Translations under genes and position numbers: made by a program | In this document: positions 9,752-18,858 of the stretch, piece by piece | Numbering within the stretch: the first letter of the stretch is position 1 | Layout of the letters: each line of letters starts with the position of its first letter | Source: an uncultured bacterium | GTDB lineage: Bacteria; Chlamydiota; Chlamydiia; Chlamydiales; FEN-1388 | Length of the DNA: 64,000 bases | NCBI GenBank assembly: GCA_964409235.1 | Contig: CAYPCN010000001.1 | Coordinates: 157,520 to 221,519 of the forward strand | Reading direction: 5' to 3' | The notes under the pieces: model-generated | Databases searched by the model: none | The model's input: the letters and a program-made list of their open reading frames with translations, nothing else | What the model was told of the DNA's origin: nothing

Positions 9752-11347
9752 CTAAAAGCTGGATGCTGGAGAGATGTTTTTGGCCTCGTGCAGCTCATTG
9801 GTGGCGTTGACGGCGATGAGGCAGGCTGGGTAGTCGTCAACAATGCAATCGCCCCGTAGACGGAGCTTTTGGAGGATTGTGCTGGTTTGCTTCTCGCACG
9901 GCAGGTGGCGAGAGGAATGAATGGCTTCGGTCAGCATGACGTTCAGGGGGACCATCGGGGTTGAGGCGAACTCTAGCAATGTGGATGATGTCGTGCCAAT
10001 AATAAAAAATCGATCTTGAGGGGTACACATTCCCTCAACAGTGGGCTGATCTCCATTTTTGCGCTGTATGTGTCGCGTGGCTGTCTGTGTCGTCTGAAAC
10101 AATGCTCCCCATCCCTCTTGTTTCCACTGAAACTTCTGTGCGGTTGGGTTGAGCGCCAGAAATGAGTACCGAAAGCCAAGCCTTTGGTCTGCCGCTCGTT
10201 GAAACATCAACGAGATAAGGTCGGAAGCAGGGAGCTCGGGGTATTCGGCTCGAACGGCTTGGAACAGGGTATGGAGGCAGTAGGTGTCAATGATCCCTGG
10301 AGCACCTCGATTATCGCCCTTAGCAATGAGGATGACATTCTCTCCCCGTTGGGAAAAAAATTGGAAATAGAGAGCGTTTAACCCAACGCCGTACGACAGC
10401 GTGGCCCCGATGTCGGGGGTGTTCTGGGGAATCAGGCTCGTCAAGAGCGATTTTTGGAGGGCTTCGAGCTGTGAAAAGAGCTCAAAAAAGTAATCTGCTC
10501 CTTGGCGGTCTTTTTGCAGAGAACCAGAATGAATATAGTCGGAGATAGCAGTGATCAGCTCGCTGATATCACGGTATCGGTCCTCCGGCTTGGGCTGCAG
10601 AGCAGTATGGAGAATGGGCTGTAAGCCTCGCGGGGCTAATGTCAGTATGACACGACCATGGGTGATTTTTCCCATGACCAACTCATAGGCGATAATACCG
10701 ATCGAATAGATGTCGGATTGGATAGAGGAGTTTCTGGGGTTTTCCTGAGCTTCGGGGCTCATGTACACCGGTGTCCCAATAAATCGCTTGCTGGTAGCTC
10801 CCGCAGACTCTCCTCCGTCGCTGATCAGTCGGGCAATGCCGAAGTCAATGACTTTGACCTGATTTTGGTCGGTCACCAGAATGTTTTCTGGCTTCAGATC
10901 TCCGTGGATGACTCCATGGGTATGGAGATGACCGATGGCGTAGCAGATTTGCAGAAGAACCTCGAGCGCGCGCTTTAAGGGGAGCGGATTATGCTGAAGA
11001 ATTCTGCGCAGTGAGGTTCCTCGCACGAGTTCCATGGCGATGTAGACACCACCTTCCCACTCTCCGTATTCGTAGAGCTTTACAATGTTTGGGTGGTCTG
11101 ACATCGCAATGATTCGGCCTTCGTTGATAAACTGCCGGACCAGACTCGGCTCCGAGAGGAATCGCGGGAGGAGGACTTTGATGGCGATTTGATCGTGCGT
11201 CCGAGGGTCTGTCGCCAGGTAGATGGTGCTCATCCCTCCCTGGGAGTAGATGCCGTCGATGTGAAATCGACCGATATACTCTGGCATAGGAGGCGCCTGA
11301 GGGCTCTCTCCTTTCTCTGATGTGGGAGCTGGGGCAGGTTCAGGCAT
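9752..11347 (-). CDS. pkn5: T3SS-associated Ser/Thr protein kinase (Pkn5-like) with an uncharacterised C-terminal domain of about 250 aa
   Basis: Hanks kinase motifs are present: IAIKVL (Lys), HGVIHGDLKPENILV, DFGIA and TPVYMSPE. I prefer the ATG at 11347 because it forms an ATGCCTGA overlap with the cdsQ stop. The longest ORF would start at 11464. Confidence 0.85.
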   Translation of the reverse strand: MPEPAPAPTSEKGESPQAPPMPEYIGRFHIDGIYSQGGMSTIYLATDPRTHDQIAIKVLLPRFLSEPSLVRQFINEGRIIAMSDHPNIVKLYEYGEWEGGVYIAMELVRGTSLRRILQHNPLPLKRALEVLLQICYAIGHLHTHGVIHGDLKPENILVTDQNQVKVIDFGIARLISDGGESAGATSKRFIGTPVYMSPEAQENPRNSSIQSDIYSIGIIAYELVMGKITHGRVILTLAPRGLQPILHTALQPKPEDRYRDISELITAISDYIHSGSLQKDRQGADYFFELFSQLEALQKSLLTSLIPQNTPDIGATLSYGVGLNALYFQFFSQRGENVILIAKGDNRGAPGIIDTYCLHTLFQAVRAEYPELPASDLISLMFQRAADQRLGFRYSFLALNPTAQKFQWKQEGWGALFQTTQTATRHIQRKNGDQPTVEGMCTPQDRFFIIGTTSSTLLEFASTPMVPLNVMLTEAIHSSRHLPCEKQTSTILQKLRLRGDCIVDDYPACLIAVNATNELHEAKNISPASSF

Positions 11348-12671
11348 GGGATGGCGCTGTCTGCTGGAAGACGGTCTGCGTGATTCGGACTCCAACATTG
11401 TCTCCAATGCGAACGAGCTCGCCCCGGCCAACAATCTTGCCGTTGACCATGAGCATAACGCCATTTTCAGGGCGTATGTCGAGGTCGAGGAGATTCCCTG
11501 GCTGGAGGGAGGTGAGCTGGTCGATGGACATGGAGAGCTCTGTCAGCTCGACGACGACGGTCATCGGCAGCTGTTTGATATTGATGGGTTCTTGGGCCAA
11601 TCCCGTTGGCGCTGTGCTTTTTGCCTCTTCTTCTGTCATCTCCGGCAGTTCTTCTTCGGCTTCTTCGCCCTCAAAGGGATTTTCATCCGAAGGATCTTGG
11701 AGAGACTCTGGAGCGTTTGAGGTTTTCGACTGGCGGTGAGGAGCTGGTGGATCCTCTTCTGGAGCAACATCTTGCTGCGGTCTGTCTTTTTTCATAGCCA
11801 TGGAAAGACCTCCGAGGGGAAGAAATGCTTCGTGCTGAAGTGGCATCTCCAAGATTTTGAGGCCGCCCTCTTGCAATTTTGCTCGGAAGAGGGGATGCCC
11901 GTTGTACGTCACATACACCCTCGCCTTTGGGGAGCCGGGGATGAAAAACGGATGGTCGAGCATCAGAAAATCGCCATTGTGGAGTCCGGCCATCTCTTCT
12001 GGAGTCAAGAACGTTCTCCCTGCTTCAACGGCGACGAGTGCATCGAGTTGTGCCGCCGATGGTGCACTCTTGGGCTCTTCGCCCATTCTGAACGTCCTCC
12101 AGGAATCGAGAAACTCCGAAGGGATAAGAAGGCGAGCGAGAGAATGCTCTCCTTCGAGCTGAAGTGAGATGTCTTGGCACAAGCATCCCGCGCTTTCCGT
12201 TTCTTGTCGCGTTGTGAGGCGAGGGGCAATATTCTTCAGCGAGGAGATCCCCTGGGCGCAGGCTACGAGTTGTGTCGTAAAGAAGAGGACGAATTGGTCA
12301 AAGAAGGAGGGATCGTGTTTGAGAAGTTCTACCATGTCGATGTTGAGAATGCCTGCCATGAGCCGTTGGAGATCGCTTTGACTGATGAGCAGGAGAATCT
12401 GTCCACTGATGCCGGGAAAGGCAAGGGCAATGGGAAGGTAGGGGGCGACGATCCCTTTGAAGAGGTCGTCTTTGGCTTTCCATTCCAAGGGACCTGGCGA
12501 GAGAGACAGGTCTTTACCGAACGCCTTTTTGAATTCAGCGCTAAACTCTTCCCATGGGAAAGAAAAAGTTTGATCAATCAGAGGACGTCTGTCGAGCGCA
12601 AATAGCTCTCTTGAATACCTCTGAAGGTGTGAGAAGAGGTCGGACACCTCTGTTGCTTGTGCCGCTGTCAC
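11340..12671 (-). CDS. sctQ: T3SS cytoplasmic sorting-platform/C-ring protein SctQ (CdsQ)
   Basis: The C-terminus is a SpoA/FliN-type domain (LPMTVVVELTELSMSIDQLTSLQPGNLLDLDIRPENGVMLMVNGKIVGRGELVRIGDNVGVRI), preceded by an acidic Pro/Glu-rich linker. Position is immediately upstream of pkn5. Confidence 0.85.
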   Translation of the reverse strand: MTAAQATEVSDLFSHLQRYSRELFALDRRPLIDQTFSFPWEEFSAEFKKAFGKDLSLSPGPLEWKAKDDLFKGIVAPYLPIALAFPGISGQILLLISQSDLQRLMAGILNIDMVELLKHDPSFFDQFVLFFTTQLVACAQGISSLKNIAPRLTTRQETESAGCLCQDISLQLEGEHSLARLLIPSEFLDSWRTFRMGEEPKSAPSAAQLDALVAVEAGRTFLTPEEMAGLHNGDFLMLDHPFFIPGSPKARVYVTYNGHPLFRAKLQEGGLKILEMPLQHEAFLPLGGLSMAMKKDRPQQDVAPEEDPPAPHRQSKTSNAPESLQDPSDENPFEGEEAEEELPEMTEEEAKSTAPTGLAQEPINIKQLPMTVVVELTELSMSIDQLTSLQPGNLLDLDIRPENGVMLMVNGKIVGRGELVRIGDNVGVRITQTVFQQTAPSHA

Positions 12672-12867
12672 TGGTACTCTCTACACGTTTAATTTCTCTC
12701 TCTCCTTATGCACGTCTTGCCGTGCTTTCCGCTCTCTTCGAGCGAATCTCGTGCGACTGCTCGCTGGAGTGTATCAGAAAGCTTTGTGGTACAAAAGTGC
12801 ATACGACGAATTCCTCACGAAAAGGGAGAGCCCCCTTTTCGCTACCTGTCCCGTTCATACCATACAT

Positions 12868-12960
12868 CAGGCGATATCCGCCAACGAGAATTTTCGTGAG
12901 CCACTGGCGGTGTTTCTTTTGGAGGACAGAGTAGGCTCTTTGTCCCTGTTTGCGATCCTG
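12868..12960 (+). repeat. Degenerate copy (E) of the dispersed repeat family, in the ABC permease-cdsQ spacer
   Basis: gagccactggcggtgtttcttttggagg (12898-12925) resembles the 5' arm plus core gagccattcgcgatgtggatttttagagg. It is preceded by caggcgatatccgccaacgag, which resembles the 3'-arm motif. Confidence 0.35.
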
Positions 12961-13015
12961 TATTTCGAGGTATCAACGGTTCGTTGGATACAATGCGGTG
13001 GCCCAAGCTGTTGCC

Positions 13016-13798
13016 TCACTCAAGTCGAGCTAAGCCTTTAGCGCGGCTTTTTTCAAACATGTACGTGAACAGAGAATAGGCCAAGAAAAGATAGAGCACA
13101 TTCAGCGACATGCTGCAGAAGAAATATGAACGGGGGAAGCCCCCTGATGTCAAAATATTTCGCATGCCCTCGAAGATGTAGGTGGTAGGAAGGCACCATC
13201 CGATCGCTTGCGCCCAAGGGGGGAGGACATCAAGGGGGTAGAAGACAGCGCTGAAAGGAGCAAAGATAAAGGCGACCATCCAGGCCAATGCTTCCATTTG
13301 CTGACCCCAGTAGATAACGCAGCTTGAAGCGAGGAACCCAAGCGTCCAACCGAAGACAACGAGCGAAGCAGCGAAAGGCAGGAACGCCCAGCCAACGGAA
13401 AAGACATTCAGCGAGTACAGCAGGTAGACGACGAGCGATCCGAAGGCAATGGTAATCCCGAGTTTGAAGAGGCAGATGAGAAGGACTCCACAACTCCATT
13501 CAGAGATTTTCAAAGGCGTTGAGAAGAGGTTCACAAGGTTGCGATTCCAAAATTCTTGCAAAAGGTTGACGGAGATGTCCACCGACCCTCTCCACGTCAC
13601 CTGCCAAAAGACGAGTCCCGTCATCAGCATCAAGGGGAGCTGCGGGATATTCTGCTGACGCTGAATCCATACCGAGGTGAGTCCCCAGAGGAGAATGTCG
13701 ACAAGCGGCCAATAGAAAAGGTCGGAGAGGAAGTGAGACCCACGAAAAAGCGTCCTGAAATATCGGAAGAAAACTCCTTGAATACGGCTGAAACTCAT
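13016..13798 (-). CDS. ABC-2 type transporter permease
   Basis: The 260-aa product has about 6 TM segments. It overlaps the upstream ATPase gene by 4 nt. Its size and topology are typical of ABC-2 permeases. Confidence 0.75.
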   Translation of the reverse strand: MSFSRIQGVFFRYFRTLFRGSHFLSDLFYWPLVDILLWGLTSVWIQRQQNIPQLPLMLMTGLVFWQVTWRGSVDISVNLLQEFWNRNLVNLFSTPLKISEWSCGVLLICLFKLGITIAFGSLVVYLLYSLNVFSVGWAFLPFAASLVVFGWTLGFLASSCVIYWGQQMEALAWMVAFIFAPFSAVFYPLDVLPPWAQAIGWCLPTTYIFEGMRNILTSGGFPRSYFFCSMSLNVLYLFLAYSLFTYMFEKSRAKGLARLE

Positions 13799-14724
13799 AG
13801 CGACTTCCTTGCAACATGGAGGAAGTACTCTTCAAGAGACGGCTCCTCAATTTTGATGCTGGCATAGGTGATGCCTGATGTCCCAATATCGTTTAAGAAG
13901 AGAGGGATGTCCGGCTCTTTCACTGAAATTTCTATGGATCTATGGTCGATGGTATAGGGGAAGCTCTTTTTCTCGGCCAATGCTACGGTGCGCTTCATAC
14001 CATCGATGATGAGCAGCCTGATGCGAAAGGCGGAGACTGTTAAGGCAAGGGTTTGCGGAACGTCATCAGCGATGATCTTTCCATTCTTCAGGAAGATGAC
14101 CCGGTCACACAGCTCGGCAGCTTCTTCCATCTTATGTGAGGTGAATACAATGGAGCACTGTACCTCGTTGCGCTGCTCAACGATAAAGTCGCAGATGTCG
14201 TTGGCCATATCGGGATCTAGCGAGGCTGTTGGCTCGTCCAAAAGAACGATTTTTGGTTGGATGAAGAAGGCTTTTGCAATCATCAGTCGAGTAGTTTGGC
14301 CTGCGGATAACGACGAGATGCGGGCATTGCGCATTTCCTGGAGGCCAAAGCGCTCCAGAAGTGGTTCGAACCTCTCTTCACTTTCTTTGGGCCGCAGCCC
14401 ATACAGTCGTCCGAAAACGGAAAGGCTTTCCGCAACAGTCAGCAACCAAGGAAGGCTGGTATACGCGCTGGCAAAAGAGATGTGCTGAAGAACGTCGGAG
14501 CGATGCCTGGTAAAGTCCTTGCCGAAGTATTCAATCGATCCATCAGTGTGCAGCAGAGTTCCGAGTAGCATCTGCATGGTCGTTGTCTTTCCGGATCCAT
14601 TAGGTCCTAAAAAACCGAGAATCTCGGATTTCCGAAGGTCAAAAGAGATACTGTCAACAGCGACGCGTTCTTTATTTCCGGGGTATACTTTGCGGAGGTT
14701 TTTAACTGAAAGTACGGTAGACAT
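13795..14724 (-). CDS. ABC transporter ATP-binding protein (ABC-2/DrrA-like export type)
   Basis: It has Walker A GPNGSGKTT, the signature LSAGQ, Walker B VLLDEPTASLD and an H-loop TSH. Confidence 0.92.
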   Translation of the reverse strand: MSTVLSVKNLRKVYPGNKERVAVDSISFDLRKSEILGFLGPNGSGKTTTMQMLLGTLLHTDGSIEYFGKDFTRHRSDVLQHISFASAYTSLPWLLTVAESLSVFGRLYGLRPKESEERFEPLLERFGLQEMRNARISSLSAGQTTRLMIAKAFFIQPKIVLLDEPTASLDPDMANDICDFIVEQRNEVQCSIVFTSHKMEEAAELCDRVIFLKNGKIIADDVPQTLALTVSAFRIRLLIIDGMKRTVALAEKKSFPYTIDHRSIEISVKEPDIPLFLNDIGTSGITYASIKIEEPSLEEYFLHVARKSL

Positions 14725-15003
14725 AAGAAATTACAAAAGTTAGGGCCAATATTAAGACATAAATTGATGGATATTGTCAAAAACTGTGTGCGGCTTGCAG
14801 CAACTCCCGGAAATTCCGATTGCTCTTTTTGCCGAAGGAGCAACGAGTGCCGTACATCACTCTTGGATTGTGTATTCGGAGCGTCTTTTCAATGGTCCTA
14901 AGAATGCCTGCGGTTCAATAGAGCTCTTAAAGAGTTGGGAATTGCGCTTATTACGTGGTTCCCGGAGGCTCGATGTCAATCCTCGTCTGCAGAGTAGCCA
15001 GGG

Positions 15004-15600
15004 TCATCCTCGTCTGACGAGAGGACGGCGTTGCCGGTGTCTAAAGGCGAGGGGGGGTGCTAACGTTTGAAGGCGTCTCGAGCGTTGTTTGGAGATATCG
15101 AGCAAGAGTTGTGGACGTGGGGGGTTGAAGGCTCTCGATGCATCTTCGTCTGAGGAGGATTCTTCAGATGATTCTTCATTGGATAGATCAGACTCTAGTC
15201 GCAATACCGCCGATCGAAATTGGGCTAATGCCGGATGTTGTGTACGATACCGGCTCTCGACCTTTTCGAGCTTCCTTGCTATGAAACAGATAACGGCACC
15301 ATCATCATCGTAGTGTCGCTTCGGACGAAAGAAATCCAAAAGTTTCGTCCACCAGCTTCTTTTGTTCTTTTGGCTACGTATTTCTATGTTCTTCAATTGC
15401 AAGCTATTACCTGTATATGCGAAGGCCAACTTCTCCCTAAAATAGGAGAGAACGTCACCCTCTTCCCAGAAGTCAAGGCTTGTCAAAGCCACGTCTTGCA
15501 CCTTCCTATTCAGAGCAGAGCTAATTATCTTCTGAAAATCCTTGGATAATTTGAGAAGCGTGGGCAAATCTTCTTGAGGAAGAGGGTCCATCGTAGTCAC
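15004..15600 (-). CDS. Hypothetical protein with an acidic Ser/Glu patch and a basic tail, inserted between cdsP and the ABC genes
   Basis: This 198-aa ORF has no recognisable motif. It contains SNEESSEESSSDEDAS and a C-terminal Arg-rich tail. Coding status is inferred from its length and strand context. Confidence 0.45.
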   Translation of the reverse strand: MTTMDPLPQEDLPTLLKLSKDFQKIISSALNRKVQDVALTSLDFWEEGDVLSYFREKLAFAYTGNSLQLKNIEIRSQKNKRSWWTKLLDFFRPKRHYDDDGAVICFIARKLEKVESRYRTQHPALAQFRSAVLRLESDLSNEESSEESSSDEDASRAFNPPRPQLLLDISKQRSRRLQTLAPPLAFRHRQRRPLVRRG

Positions 15601-15736
15601 TCACTCCTCTGAGCGCAGAGACTGTCTTCGAAATAGGCCAAGCATGTCAGTACGGTACTGGTACCCACAGAGACGTCGGAATGGGCTCGAGGGCCAAGAT
15701 CTATCTCTGACGTCGAGCCCAACTCTACCGTGACGA

Positions 15737-16825
15737 TCACCGGGCGCCATGGCCTTGTCCGCCGAAACCTCCACCTTTGCCGCCTTCTTCTTCGCCAGCA
15801 GATTCTTCGCGACGCCGTTCCTCTCTCGTCGGCTCAGCGGTGGCAAGAGGTGCGACGGTGGGCTGCTGCGGAGTGGCAATGACGAACACGTTCTGAATGG
15901 TATATCCCCGCTCAATGAGCGTCTGTTTGAGCTGTTGCTGATTGGCAACAGCTTCGACCACGCGCTGGGCATCTGGCGAGAGGTTTTCAAAGGTGATGTT
16001 AAACTGTTGCGGTGCAGAGGAGTATTCTGTGATCGTCAGCGTAGCCCCTTCGAAGAGAGGTGGATGCTTAATCGTAATCATCGTGCGTACTTCGTGCTTA
16101 GTGACAAAAGTCGTAATGGCATCAGTCGCTTGACGGATCACCTCGAATAACGCTTGGCGTTCCGCTGCCTGTGGGCTTTCAGCCTTTCTCGGTCCTCCCA
16201 CCTGTGTCGGCGTCATCGTCGGCTGGACCATCCCTGGAACGACTCGTCCGGGGACAGGAGCTTCCTCTTCCCGCTGTTTGCCCATCAGTTTTTGGAAGGC
16301 CTCTGTGCCCTCTTCGCTAGGGGCTGGCGTCACGCCCTCCTGAGGCGATGGTCTGGCCATGCCAATGCCTTTCTCAGCTTGTGCGGCTGCGCGCGGTTCG
16401 GCCATCGGCTGCTTCGACGCGCTTGCCGTCGTCGGCCCTGGGGGTGCCATAGGAGCGGCCGGCATAGCGCTGACTTCAGGCATCGGCCCCTTGCCTTTCC
16501 CGCCTTTCTCTTTCTCCTCTCCTTCTTCTGATGAAGATTCAGTAGAGGAGCCCTCGTCCTTCATGGCTTTTGCCTTGGCTAGATGGAAGAGACCCAACTC
16601 TTTGACAGGGGGTTCTTCCTCCTCTTCTGGGGCGACTTCTTCGCCCGTCTCAGGGGTCGATTTTTCGGCCTTTTTTTGTGTTTTCTTTTCAAGAGCCCCA
16701 AGGAATTGGCCCTGTTGGGAAGGAGAGACCTTCTCAGCCGTAGGCCGCTTCACTTGTTGCTCACGAGATATCTCTTCGTCGCCCTCTGGGCTAACGGGTT
16801 GGATATTGCGTGGTGTGTTTGTCAT
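15737..16825 (-). CDS. sctP: T3SS needle-length/substrate-specificity-switch protein SctP (CdsP-like)
   Basis: The N-terminal two thirds are Pro/Glu/Ala/Lys-rich and low-complexity. The C-terminus is T3S4/FliK-like (FEGATLTITEYSSAPQQFNITFENLSPDAQRVVEAVANQQQLKQTLIERGYTIQNVFV). It sits after the sctO-like gene. Confidence 0.6.
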   Translation of the reverse strand: MTNTPRNIQPVSPEGDEEISREQQVKRPTAEKVSPSQQGQFLGALEKKTQKKAEKSTPETGEEVAPEEEEEPPVKELGLFHLAKAKAMKDEGSSTESSSEEGEEKEKGGKGKGPMPEVSAMPAAPMAPPGPTTASASKQPMAEPRAAAQAEKGIGMARPSPQEGVTPAPSEEGTEAFQKLMGKQREEEAPVPGRVVPGMVQPTMTPTQVGGPRKAESPQAAERQALFEVIRQATDAITTFVTKHEVRTMITIKHPPLFEGATLTITEYSSAPQQFNITFENLSPDAQRVVEAVANQQQLKQTLIERGYTIQNVFVIATPQQPTVAPLATAEPTREERRREESAGEEEGGKGGGFGGQGHGAR

Positions 16826-16865
16826 ACGTTCCCTCCCTTAGCGAGCGTGCAAGGTGTCCCTCGTT

Positions 16866-17435
16866 TCACTCCTGTTCTTGCACACTCAAGCTTGATTTTT
16901 TTGACCGCCGTCGTGGACGACGCTCTTCTTCTCTCTCCTGAATCATCTTCGTGAGAAACATCGTAGAGCCAAGCTCATCTTCAATCCGCGTCTCAATGAC
17001 TTGCATTTCTTTTTTCATTTCCTTCTCCCACTCTTTTCTGTGGGTGATAATCTTGTCTCGCTCCTTTTCTCGTTCCTTTAACTGATTTTTCGCTATTTGT
17101 AAATTCTTTTCGGCAAGCTCTACTTGTTGTTTTTGTTCTCTTACCTTTTTTTCTTCTATAGCCAGTTTTTCTTGCACTACTTTTATATATATCTTACTTC
17201 TATCTATTTTATCACTCGTTGTTCCTTCATCCATCAGCTGTCGAAGCTGGTCTGTCTTTGCCTTCAAGTGCTCTTTTACTTTATCTCGCTCTGCCTCTCG
17301 TTCTTTGAGTTTTTGCTGTTCTATTTCGAGGAGCTTCTGCTTTTCCTTCACCACCATTTCTGCGAGTTCTACTCGATGGTGCTTTACGTCGAGCACTTCC
17401 GCAAGTGGGTAGGCAGGCATGTTTTCTATCGTCAC
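16866..17435 (-). CDS. sctO: T3SS stalk protein SctO (CdsO/YscO/FliJ-like coiled coil)
   Basis: The 189-aa product is an almost entirely charged Lys/Glu/Gln-rich coiled coil. It lies immediately downstream of the ATPase gene. Confidence 0.65.
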   Translation of the reverse strand: MTIENMPAYPLAEVLDVKHHRVELAEMVVKEKQKLLEIEQQKLKEREAERDKVKEHLKAKTDQLRQLMDEGTTSDKIDRSKIYIKVVQEKLAIEEKKVREQKQQVELAEKNLQIAKNQLKEREKERDKIITHRKEWEKEMKKEMQVIETRIEDELGSTMFLTKMIQEREEERRPRRRSKKSSLSVQEQE

Positions 17436-17446
17436 GGACCATCACT

Positions 17447-18808
17447 CTATTTGAAGAGAGCTTTGAGTTGCTGCTGGGTCTCTTGCCACGTCGATTTTTC
17501 GTCGATTGCCTGCCGTAAGAATCGATTTACCTTGTCCACATAATCGATGGCAAAATCGACGTTTTTGTCAGAGCCTCGTTTATACTCTCCAATCTTGATC
17601 AGCAGTTCATTTTTCTTGTACGTCGCCATCACTTCTCGCACCTTCCCTATCAGCTGCTGGTGGTCTTTGGTGGTAATTGACGTCAGTACCCGGCTTACGG
17701 AGGAGAGAACGTCGACAGCTGGGTAGTGGTATTGTCGCGCCAAATCCGCCGAGAGGATGATGTGTCCATCAAGAATAGATCGCACCTCATCGGCCACAGG
17801 TTCGTTCATGTCGTCGCCAGCAACCAGGATGGTATAAAAGGCGGTGATTGATCCAATGTCTGAGTTTCCGGAGCGTTCGAGAAGGCGGGGGAGCGTGGAG
17901 AAGACGGAGGGCGTATACCCTCCTCGTGCCGGGGGTTCGCCGGCCGCTAGCCCTACTTCGCGAATAGCGCGTGCAAAGCGCGTCACAGAATCCATCATGA
18001 GAATGACTGACTTCCCTTGGTCGCGAAAGTACTCAGCAATAGCCGTGGCTGTGTATGCGCCGTTGAGACGTAGCTGTGAAGCTTGGTCTGACGTAGAAAT
18101 GACGAGGACGGACCTCTTCAGCCCTTCTGGGCCAAGATCCTTTTCGATGAACTCGCGAAGCTCGCGGCCCCGTTCTCCCACGAGACCGATGACGTTGACG
18201 TCCGCCACCGCGTTGCGCGCGATCATCCCCATCAATGTCGACTTCCCTCCACCAGCTGCAGCAAAAACCCCTACCCGCTGGCCGAGGCCGACGCACAAGA
18301 CGCCGTCAAATACGCGAATGCCGACAGAAATGGGCTCTTTGATAATCTTCCGTTTCGTCGGATCAGGGGGGGCGCGTATTATAGGGATAATGTCGTCGGC
18401 GATGAGCGGACCTTTCGTGGCCTCATCCAATGGGCGTCCTAAAGCGTCAAGGATGCGCCCTAAGATGTTGGGCCCTACTCGCACGCTCAATGGCCGGTGG
18501 GTAGGGATCACCTCTGACGAGGGGCCTATGCCTTTCATCTCGCCAAGCGGCGACAGGATCACCTCCTCACTGGTGAACCCTACCACCTCGCACATGAGGG
18601 GCTCTATGCCCTCTCGTTTTACAAGGCAAATCTCCCCAACCTTCACATTTGGGACGACCGCTCGAATGATCATCCCCACGGTTTCAGTGATGCGCCCGCT
18701 CACCGTCGTCATCTCGATTTCATCGAGGTGTTGCATCACACTCTCGAAATCAATCGGCGTTGAGCCAGTGACAGCAGGTGGTTCTTGTGATTCTCCCATA
18801 CGTTCCAC
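17447..18808 (-). CDS. sctN: T3SS ATPase SctN (CdsN)
   Basis: It has Walker A AAGGGKSTL, Walker B ILMMDSVTRFA and an F1/FliI-like layout. Length is 453 aa. Confidence 0.95.
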   Translation of the reverse strand: MERMGESQEPPAVTGSTPIDFESVMQHLDEIEMTTVSGRITETVGMIIRAVVPNVKVGEICLVKREGIEPLMCEVVGFTSEEVILSPLGEMKGIGPSSEVIPTHRPLSVRVGPNILGRILDALGRPLDEATKGPLIADDIIPIIRAPPDPTKRKIIKEPISVGIRVFDGVLCVGLGQRVGVFAAAGGGKSTLMGMIARNAVADVNVIGLVGERGRELREFIEKDLGPEGLKRSVLVISTSDQASQLRLNGAYTATAIAEYFRDQGKSVILMMDSVTRFARAIREVGLAAGEPPARGGYTPSVFSTLPRLLERSGNSDIGSITAFYTILVAGDDMNEPVADEVRSILDGHIILSADLARQYHYPAVDVLSSVSRVLTSITTKDHQQLIGKVREVMATYKKNELLIKIGEYKRGSDKNVDFAIDYVDKVNRFLRQAIDEKSTWQETQQQLKALFK

Positions 18809-18858
18809 ACGCGAACTCGTTCACGGTTTCAACAAGAGCCACATCATACGTGGCTCTG

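Noticed and set aside
11600-11660. A possible internal translation start for a short SctQ-C product (MTEEEAK...)
   Set aside because: The only purine-rich stretch (GGAG) directly abuts the ATG with no spacing. The sequence gives no support for an internal start.
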